Virus record (IMG/VR): IMGVR_UViG_3300017735_002163 | Span: 1-64,000 of that record | Reading direction: 5' to 3' (one strand) | Source of the DNA: a virus | Length of the DNA: 64,000 nt | In this document: positions 48,911 through 56,133 of the stretch, in pieces | Position numbering within the stretch: position 1 is the stretch's first letter | Layout of the letters: each line of letters opens with the position of its first letter | Translations under genes and position numbers: made by a program | Notes under the pieces: generated by a model | Databases searched by the model: none | What the model was told of the DNA's origin: nothing | Seen by the model: the letters and a program-made list of their open reading frames with translations, nothing else

Positions 48911-49627
48911 TCAGTCAGCAAATGCTCGTTCGAGCATGAAGTCGCCCATTTCGCCAGTGTTTCCTTCTTCCCAATTTAAATATGAAAAACGCTCTCTGCA
49001 TTCTTTATTAAGTGAGGGAGAACCGCAAACCATAACAGCATCAGTTTCTTTGGTTAAAGGTGAACCGAGAACTGGTTCAATGTGATTCCAAAACCTGCCT
49101 TGCCTAAAATAGTTTTCTCTGGTTACAGAAGGAATGTATAAAAATGGCATCATACCTGATATATCTTCCATGCTGTCCTTGTATGTAAGTTCTGCTACTT
49201 CTCTTACAGTGTGGAACAAATAGACGTTGTCGAACCTATCGTATGTTGCAGGGTCTTTAGCAATGCTTACAAACGGTGCTATGCCTGTTCCTGTTGCTAA
49301 CATTACTAAATTCTTTTTGGGTAATAAGTAATCACAAACTAAACTACCTGTAGTTTTTGGACCTACTAATATATCGTCACCTATTTTAATATTTTGCAAT
49401 TTACTTGTGAGAGGGCCATCTTGAACTTTAATACTGAGGAACTCTAAGTGGTCATCATAATTAGTGCTTACAATACTGTATGCTCTCATTATTTTTTTAG
49501 GTTCGAGCTCTAATCCTATCATAGCAAACTCTCCGTTTTTAAAACGGAAGGTTTTATCTCTTGTAGTTTTAAAAGAAAATAAGCGATCGCTGTAGTGTGT
49601 GATTTCAGTAACTTGCTCTTTATTCAT
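48911..49627 (-). CDS. fpr: Ferredoxin-NADP+ reductase, bacterial type
   Basis: RAYSIVS, GPLTS, ATGTGIAPF, VTRE, VCGSP, ERAF. Confidence 0.93.
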   Translation of the reverse strand: MNKEQVTEITHYSDRLFSFKTTRDKTFRFKNGEFAMIGLELEPKKIMRAYSIVSTNYDDHLEFLSIKVQDGPLTSKLQNIKIGDDILVGPKTTGSLVCDYLLPKKNLVMLATGTGIAPFVSIAKDPATYDRFDNVYLFHTVREVAELTYKDSMEDISGMMPFLYIPSVTRENYFRQGRFWNHIEPVLGSPLTKETDAVMVCGSPSLNKECRERFSYLNWEEGNTGEMGDFMLERAFAD

Positions 49628-49641
49628 GTAGATATTTATTA

Positions 49642-50160
49642 CTATCTGTTCTTGGAGCATTCTTTTCTGGCACGACTCCAGACATGAAAATTGTTTGCCA
49701 CAATAGCGGCCATAAAATAATTTGCACCAGCGAAATCCTCGTCTGTTAAAACAGTTCGTTTGGTACCGATAAACATAGCCGGTATTATAACTACTGATTT
49801 TAAAAATACTATTTCATGTAACTCAGGCTTTTTATCCAGTAGCGGATTTGCTTCCTCAATACAATCATACTTTACTGCTTCAACTGTGTTGTATATATCT
49901 AACAACTGAAATGCTGTAAACATTGCCCAGGATAATGGCGAAGCAGGTTCTTTCAGTGGTGGTAGATCTAAAGTGATGGCTGGCGGGTATTCGTATTCGA
50001 ATGTTGCTTGTCGAACTTCCGCTAAAACTTCTTTGCTATAGCAACACCCATGGCCATTGTTTATAAAAAATATTTGCTCAGGAGAAAGATTTGCTGGGAG
50101 ATCTGTTGCGTAACAGTTAAGAGAAAGTAGCGACAACATAATCATTGCCGCTAATTTCAT
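49642..50160 (-). CDS. Secreted/membrane hypothetical protein
   Basis: Signal peptide, EEANPLL motif, hydrophobic helices; AAGGAG RBS. Confidence 0.7.
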   Translation of the reverse strand: MKLAAMIMLSLLSLNCYATDLPANLSPEQIFFINNGHGCCYSKEVLAEVRQATFEYEYPPAITLDLPPLKEPASPLSWAMFTAFQLLDIYNTVEAVKYDCIEEANPLLDKKPELHEIVFLKSVVIIPAMFIGTKRTVLTDEDFAGANYFMAAIVANNFHVWSRARKECSKNR

Positions 50161-50279
50161 TATTCGCACTCCTTAGGATTACTCGAACAATAGTCTTTAA
50201 TTTGTTTTATTAACATTTTAATATCATCCTCATTGTCCTGCTTATCTTTGCGATTAGATAACAGGCTTAATCCTTTTTT
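50160..50279 (-). other. Candidate programmed -1 frameshift site and 37-codon extension
   Basis: A_AAA_AAG at 50273-50279, 7-nt spacer, hairpin at 50237-50265, open -1 frame ending in a TAATG overlap. Confidence 0.7.
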
Positions 50280-50551
50280 GGTGCTTCTGGTTCTTTTTGT
50301 AGTTCGTCAGTTTGTTTGTCAACTTCGGTTGCGACAGTTTCTACAACACCTTGTGCAGTGTTAATAGTTACGTCTGCAATTGCTTTTGCATCGTTAGTTA
50401 CTGCAACTGCCATTGTGGCGGCTCCGCCAACAACGCTGTCCACAGTACCTGTGACAATCTCTGTTCCTGCATTCCAGGCCCCTCCAACTGAGGCGCACCC
50501 TACAGTGCCTAAACAAAGTACCGCTACGAAGAACTTAATATGTGTATTCAT
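50267..50551 (-). CDS. Small lipoprotein
   Basis: GGAG RBS, lipobox TVGC, Ala/Val/Thr amphipathic helix. Confidence 0.8.
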   Translation of the reverse strand: MNTHIKFFVAVLCLGTVGCASVGGAWNAGTEIVTGTVDSVVGGAATMAVAVTNDAKAIADVTINTAQGVVETVATEVDKQTDELQKEPEAPKKD

Positions 50552-50611
50552 ATTATCTCCATGGTTAAATAGCATGCCAACTGCAATGCTACACTATTAT
50601 TTATCTGAAAG

Positions 50612-50920
50612 TTAGATGCCGTGGCTGTTAAAAGGACGATCTCCTGCTAAACTGTGTTGATCGTGTAGGTGTAATTCGTAGGCCAAGATATCTTTGGTAT
50701 TTTGGCAGTCGGTAGTGTGCAGTAGTTTTAATATTTCCATTCTGTTTGCTTCTTCTATTTGATGTACTACGTCACACCACATATAAAATACTGCAAATAT
50801 ACTTGGCACAATGATAATATAAAATACTAACCATGGGAAAAAGAAAGTGATAATTAAAACGTGTACGCCTATGACTGATAGTGAATATATCTTGAGACTA
50901 TTGAGCCATTTACTTAGCAT
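50612..50920 (-). CDS. Small membrane protein
   Basis: Two hydrophobic segments. Confidence 0.65.
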   Translation of the reverse strand: MLSKWLNSLKIYSLSVIGVHVLIITFFFPWLVFYIIIVPSIFAVFYMWCDVVHQIEEANRMEILKLLHTTDCQNTKDILAYELHLHDQHSLAGDRPFNSHGI

Positions 50921-51077
50921 CGACCTTCAGGTTTAGTTGTTCTATGTATGCATTGCTGTGCCAATAAGTATCTAACACAATGTCAGCCACAAGAGCAATT
51001 AACACCAATGTTAGTATTACAGAAAGGTATAGGTTTATACCCGCAGATATTTTTAACCACTTAATCATATGCTTCAT
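50910..51077 (-). CDS. Small membrane protein, early gene
   Basis: One TM; promoter TTGACA-17-TATAAT at 51085-51113 directly upstream. Confidence 0.65.
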   Translation of the reverse strand: MKHMIKWLKISAGINLYLSVILTLVLIALVADIVLDTYWHSNAYIEQLNLKVDAK

Positions 51078-51119
51078 AGGATATATTATAGTTGATATTG
51101 TAGGACTTGTCAACCGGTT

Positions 51120-52007
51120 TTAATTGCTACCGTTTACTGTTACTGAACATCCTGCTGTGTTATAACATACACCTGTTATACTGTAACTGCCGGCCGATGA
51201 TGTCATGTTTTGATCTAAGTCAAGTGTGTAAGCACCAGTACCGTATGTTAAATCAATTGCCGCTGTTGCGTTATTGCCACCACGTTGATTAACATCAACA
51301 CTATGCCCGTCACCATCTAACACAATGTCTGCCCATTTAACACCACCGTTGCCTCGTTGATATAACACCACATCATTGTAATCACCTGTTATCTCTATAA
51401 AGCCATCGTGTCCTGATTTGCCTAACTGCCTGTGGTCTACATCATTGTAGTCACCTGTTATAATGTTTGCCAAATGATGAGGACCTGCGTTAGTACCGCC
51501 TGACGATCTGTTAGTATCTGTTTGGCTACTTGCTAAAGTATTGTTGGAGCCATCTATGGTCCAATATGCTTCGTGGCCGCCTTCTTCGTCTATGTCAAGA
51601 TTGCCTGTTAAATGTTTACCTTGCCACACTTTGAGATCATTATTACTACCAGTTGCATCTACTTTTGCAAAGTTATCGTTGCCGCCATTGCCTTGAAATA
51701 AATCAAACGTGTTGTTACTGCCATTTAAGTTACCTTCAAATAAATGACTGTAGCCTTGCTGATAAAATGTTAAGTTATTAGACGCACCAAGTAATTGACT
51801 ATTGATGTCTATGCCTTGGATTACATTGTCGTATCCATCTTGTGTTACCGTTAGAGTAAGATTGTCACCTGCTTGGTCAATGAGAATAATGTTGTCTGCA
51901 TTTGCTGTCATAGGCATTAATAAAAACATGCCCAGTATAATATATCCCAATACTAAAAGAGGGGTATCTTTTGGTTTCATTTCGTTTAGTTTTTTATCTA
52001 TGTTCAT
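51120..52007 (-). CDS. Curlin-like repeat protein
   Basis: Signal peptide; repeated QxGxxN and GxxN units; in an operon with csgFG. Confidence 0.78.
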   Translation of the reverse strand: MNIDKKLNEMKPKDTPLLVLGYIILGMFLLMPMTANADNIILIDQAGDNLTLTVTQDGYDNVIQGIDINSQLLGASNNLTFYQQGYSHLFEGNLNGSNNTFDLFQGNGGNDNFAKVDATGSNNDLKVWQGKHLTGNLDIDEEGGHEAYWTIDGSNNTLASSQTDTNRSSGGTNAGPHHLANIITGDYNDVDHRQLGKSGHDGFIEITGDYNDVVLYQRGNGGVKWADIVLDGDGHSVDVNQRGGNNATAAIDLTYGTGAYTLDLDQNMTSSAGSYSITGVCYNTAGCSVTVNGSN

Positions 52008-52008
52008 A

Positions 52009-53196
52009 TTAACCTTGTGTTTGTCTTATGTATATATTTATACCTGAACAATCATTTACACATATAACGTTAGTTCTATTCTCTATGTCTGTTTCAAGTC
52101 TTGCATTACTGCCAACTGGCACTTTAACACTGATAGTACCATTAACTTCTCTGTAGAACCATATAAATCCAGAACGATCTATTATGGTATTAAATTGTGT
52201 TTTTGGATCAAACCCTGATGCTAATGTACCTGTTATTATATCAACGCCTTGTTGTCCTTCTGTTTTTTCTGACAACACTGCAAGTTTATCTGCTTCGTCT
52301 AATATTTCTAATAAATCCTGTAAAAAATCAACACCTAATATGTCAACATCTAATTCACTGAATTCTAAGTCTATGCTATCTTCATTTTGATCGTCGAGCA
52401 AATTTTCTTCTAAGAAATCTATATCGAGATCACTGAATGCTAAGTAGTCAATGCCCTTTCTTGCTTCTATTTGTTGTTCTTCTGCTTCTGTGATTTCTGC
52501 TGGTTCACTTACAATAAACATGTTGTCTATCATATTTAAATTTAAATCTTGTATAACCACTGGCTGAGTTGGCGGTGTTTCAAACGTGCTTACCATTACT
52601 GCTTGATAGGCTTCTTCTAATACAACTGTTCCGCCATCATTAGTAACTGTGATAGCACCGGACGGTCTACACCCTTCTTCTAATTTTACCTTGTCTGTGC
52701 AATTTGCATCTGGCAATAGTATAACTAAACTCCTGCCTAATTCATCTACTGTGGTTGTAAAATCTGTTCCACGCACACCAATTGTTGCTGTGGGAGTTTG
52801 TATGGCTATGTTTTCTTTTGGTACAAGTCCTAATCCGCCTGTGGCAAATCTTGCTGTGCCTGACACAAAATTCATTGCCATTTTACTTTTGCTTGGATCG
52901 GGGTCGTAGACATACTCATTGATTACTATCAACGTATTTTCTGTCAGACTGACCTGTGTTTTATCTACGAATTCAATTTTAAGTCTACCTGCTGTAGTTT
53001 CTACATTGTCCATACTAACAATTGTAGAATCTAAAACTGCAGACAGTTTTTCACCAGATGTTCGTTCTATACTACCCGGATTTCCAGTCTGCTCAAATAC
53101 GCCGCCTATCCTTTCAGCGGCGCTTGAGTTAGACAAAAACGAAAACAGTACAACAAAACTAATCTTTCTGAGTAATGCTAACTGTTGCGTTTTCAC
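52009..53196 (-). CDS. FecR-domain exported protein
   Basis: Signal peptide; D.VET..GR..I.F.D.T...L.EN, G.ARF, IQTPTATIGVRGTDF; acidic C-region. Confidence 0.85.
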   Translation of the reverse strand: MKTQQLALLRKISFVVLFSFLSNSSAAERIGGVFEQTGNPGSIERTSGEKLSAVLDSTIVSMDNVETTAGRLKIEFVDKTQVSLTENTLIVINEYVYDPDPSKSKMAMNFVSGTARFATGGLGLVPKENIAIQTPTATIGVRGTDFTTTVDELGRSLVILLPDANCTDKVKLEEGCRPSGAITVTNDGGTVVLEEAYQAVMVSTFETPPTQPVVIQDLNLNMIDNMFIVSEPAEITEAEEQQIEARKGIDYLAFSDLDIDFLEENLLDDQNEDSIDLEFSELDVDILGVDFLQDLLEILDEADKLAVLSEKTEGQQGVDIITGTLASGFDPKTQFNTIIDRSGFIWFYREVNGTISVKVPVGSNARLETDIENRTNVICVNDCSGINIYIRQTQG

Positions 53197-53881
53197 TGTC
53201 TATATCTAAATCCATATGACCGTAGCATGAAGTTGCACCAGTGGCACATGTACCGGAACTTTGAATTAAATCAATGTCTCCGCCTGAACCGTCGTATACT
53301 ACTTTCATGTACTGATCTGCACCATCAGTTTGGCTGGTTACAATATCGTTATTATCACCAGTTAGGTCAAAATTCCAAGTTGCATCATCGACTTCAATGT
53401 CAATGTCCCATACGTTGCTGTCACCTAAGATTGCTAAGTCGAAATCTAATCTTTCTGCACTTGCGGCTGATCCTAAGTCAAAGTCAAACGTATTTGAATC
53501 ACCTTGAATTGTAGCGAGTATATTGCCTGTATCGGCTGAACCTGTGTCACCAACTTTGATGTCCCAGATATTACTGCTACCAGTAAAAGTCCAATCGTAT
53601 GTACTGCTGTCTGCAGTTATACTACCAAAAAACTCATTACTGTTACCTATTTGGTCTAAATCGATATTCAATGATGAACCAACTATAGTTAGATCACTAC
53701 TTTGATCTGTATCGCCGGCTATCTTGTTACCAAAACCTTGTTGTAAAATAGTTAAATTCAGTGTGTCACCAACTTGATCAATTAAGATTTCATTATCAGT
53801 TGCACCTGCTGAATAAACTGCTCCACTAAAGGTCATTAACCCTACTACCAAACTTAATGCTGATAAAGTTTTATTCAACAT
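53159..53881 (-). CDS. Curlin-like beta-solenoid repeat protein
   Basis: Signal peptide; IDQVG, QQGFGN, DQIGNSN, GSSN, GDSN repeats. Confidence 0.75.
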   Translation of the reverse strand: MLNKTLSALSLVVGLMTFSGAVYSAGATDNEILIDQVGDTLNLTILQQGFGNKIAGDTDQSSDLTIVGSSLNIDLDQIGNSNEFFGSITADSSTYDWTFTGSSNIWDIKVGDTGSADTGNILATIQGDSNTFDFDLGSAASAERLDFDLAILGDSNVWDIDIEVDDATWNFDLTGDNNDIVTSQTDGADQYMKVVYDGSGGDIDLIQSSGTCATGATSCYGHMDLDIDSENATVSITQKD

Positions 53882-54788
53882 TTGTTTCTCCTATGTTTAA
53901 ATTTTCTACAGGTGGGAGACTTTCAGCATCATTGCTGGTAATCGTCCAGTAACCTCTATCGTCACCTTGTTCGATGAGTGCAAGTACTGCCGCTTCCGTG
54001 GCGCTCCTTACTGCCCATGTCACACTTTCGTTAGAAGTAATTCCTGTTTCTAATTCTAATAATTTTGTATCCATGTCAAGAAAACGAAATACATCTCCTC
54101 CCATGCCTACACTAAGTATTGTCTTGTATGTCTGTACGTTAAGTATAACTTCGCCTGTTAAAGTACTAACAGCACGTAGACTAACAATAATGCTGTCTCG
54201 TCTGTATTGAGCACTTCCGCCGATACCTAAATATCTGGCTCCGTTACCTCCTGTTTCTATGTTACTATCGTACCCAACTATACCGCCTTCAAGTAAAATA
54301 CCCGCAAACAACATTGGTTGTAGTTTTTGGCTCTCTTTACCTGCTTTGGCATAATCGTCTCTGGTACTGCGGATAATTTGTCTTTCTCTGACCAGGTTAT
54401 CCAGACCTACTCCTCTTTCAACAACACGGAACCAAGTACCGTTTGCAGTCTCACCTGCGCCTGCCGCCTTAAGAGCATCAATTAACAATGCTTTTGCACC
54501 CTGCGTTACTGCTGTGCTGAACAATGCTATATTGTCTTTTTGTTTTCTTTGACCTGTTAAGTCAGAGAACTGATATACTGCAACCACAGGCATTACTTCT
54601 GCAGGTGGTAACTGTCTTAATCTTTCATATGTTGGTAATTCGACTTGTTTTGGTTCTTCGACACACTCCATTACATTGTCGTAACACCACTCGCCTGTTA
54701 ATGCATTATTAGGCAATGACATTGATGCACACCCCGACATTATCGTGCTAAAAAGTAGTGTAGCAATTAGCGAACTATAACTTTTCAT
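53871..54788 (-). CDS. csgG: Curli secretion channel CsgG
   Basis: Lipobox MSGC; VAVYQFSDLTGQ, FSTAVTQG, WFRVVER, ERQIIR, GGIVGYDSN. Confidence 0.95.
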   Translation of the reverse strand: MKSYSSLIATLLFSTIMSGCASMSLPNNALTGEWCYDNVMECVEEPKQVELPTYERLRQLPPAEVMPVVAVYQFSDLTGQRKQKDNIALFSTAVTQGAKALLIDALKAAGAGETANGTWFRVVERGVGLDNLVRERQIIRSTRDDYAKAGKESQKLQPMLFAGILLEGGIVGYDSNIETGGNGARYLGIGGSAQYRRDSIIVSLRAVSTLTGEVILNVQTYKTILSVGMGGDVFRFLDMDTKLLELETGITSNESVTWAVRSATEAAVLALIEQGDDRGYWTITSNDAESLPPVENLNIGETNVE

Positions 54789-54794
54789 ATTGTC

Positions 54795-55337
54795 TTATCC
54801 GCCGCCGATGGCAACTCCTACAGGTATATCTATTGTAGTCATTGTTCCGTCTGAGCTTACAATGGTTAGCCTAATTATTTCTATGCCGTCATCTCCAACC
54901 ATTCTTTCGTATGTGACTGTATTTCCTTCGATAGTGAACACACCATAGTCTGCTCCGTCTTCGTTACCGAACATACTGTCTACTAACTGTCTACTAATTT
55001 GACTGTAAATTCTACTTTCTAAATTTCTCAAAAATTTATTAAGTGTTGAATTTTCTTCTTCACGCTGAATTCTTAATAGCTCAGCGTCTATTTGATCTTT
55101 AATTTTGTCTTTACGACTTTTTTGTTGATTCTCAATGGTTAGGTAATGGGCGCCTGTTCCTACACCACTGAAACTTGGATTTTTAAATTTATGTACTAAT
55201 TCGTCTGCTAATGCTAACGGACTCATGAATAATAGTCCTAACATTATACCGAATGCAAATGCTTTGAATAAATCACTACCAGACCATATACGTGGTCCTA
55301 CTTGCGATTTAAGTAACTCCCAATCTTTATCTCTCAT
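54795..55337 (-). CDS. csgF: Curli assembly component CsgF
   Basis: Signal peptide then LVHKFKNPSFSG; FLRNLESRIYSQ; TTIDIPV. Confidence 0.88.
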   Translation of the reverse strand: MRDKDWELLKSQVGPRIWSGSDLFKAFAFGIMLGLLFMSPLALADELVHKFKNPSFSGVGTGAHYLTIENQQKSRKDKIKDQIDAELLRIQREEENSTLNKFLRNLESRIYSQISRQLVDSMFGNEDGADYGVFTIEGNTVTYERMVGDDGIEIIRLTIVSSDGTMTTIDIPVGVAIGGG

Positions 55338-55644
55338 CTGTCTGTACCTCTGACTGTAGTGTGGCAAGAGCCTCTTTTTGCTTGGCTTCTTTTATTACCT
55401 TCTGTCTTTCTTTGTATTCTAAAACTACATTTACTTTTTGCTGTAGTCGTATCATATCCTGATCAAGCATTCGTGTTTGATCAATTACACGTATTAATGC
55501 CATATGCATTGTTTCTAATTCGGGGTCTATTTTCTCACCTATAAACCACCAAACATAATATATAAAATATCCTAATCCTACACAAAGTACTATTGGAAAG
55601 CCAAATGTGTTAATTGCTTCAGCAATTCCATTCACATCTTCCAT
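55327..55644 (-). CDS. Small membrane protein (TM plus coiled coil)
   Basis: INTFGFPIV...GYFIYYVW; similar to the adjacent gene. Confidence 0.7.
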   Translation of the reverse strand: MEDVNGIAEAINTFGFPIVLCVGLGYFIYYVWWFIGEKIDPELETMHMALIRVIDQTRMLDQDMIRLQQKVNVVLEYKERQKVIKEAKQKEALATLQSEVQTDER

Positions 55645-55940
55645 TAGTCTCTCCTTGCATCAATTTTGTTATCTTCTACAAAATTTTCTGCTCGTGCTAC
55701 TCTGTCGATGTCAGGGCTTAGTTCAAGAGCACTACTTACAAGCAAGTCAATTTTCATCATCTCATTGCTCATTGTTCTGGCTCGATTTTCTAAACTATTA
55801 CAAAATATAGTTAGAGTTTTTATTTGCCCTACTATGCCTTCAAGTATTTGTTTGATAACAAGGAATATGAAAAAACCCATTACCATACTGCCGGCAATTG
55901 GTGCTCCAACTTCTGCTATTAATCCAAAAATTTCATTCAT
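55644..55940 (-). CDS. Small membrane protein (TM plus coiled coil)
   Basis: IAEVGAPIA...GFFIFLVIK. Confidence 0.7.
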   Translation of the reverse strand: MNEIFGLIAEVGAPIAGSMVMGFFIFLVIKQILEGIVGQIKTLTIFCNSLENRARTMSNEMMKIDLLVSSALELSPDIDRVARAENFVEDNKIDARRD

Positions 55941-56047
55941 ACAATGTGTACCTGTCTTTGTTGTACTCTTTTTTTAGGTGTTTTGTATGTATGTGTGTTC
56001 TATTATACTATCTGTGTTTTAAACTTACCTATCTCTCCTGTACCTAT

Positions 56048-56055
56048 TATTTATC
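56048..56055 (-). promoter_or_regulatory. Late promoter for the curli-like operon
   Basis: GATAAATA upstream of the first operon gene. Confidence 0.6.
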
Positions 56056-56079
56056 ACATTTGTAACCAAAAATTGTACC

Positions 56080-56107
56080 AAAAAAAAGCACTCCGAAGAG
56101 TGCTTTT
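56080..56107 (-). terminator. Intrinsic terminator with UUCG tetraloop
   Basis: Minus strand GCACTC-TTCG-GAGTGC-TTTTTTTT. Confidence 0.9.
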
Positions 56108-56133
56108 AAAGTTTCTATAATTGTTGTTATAGT

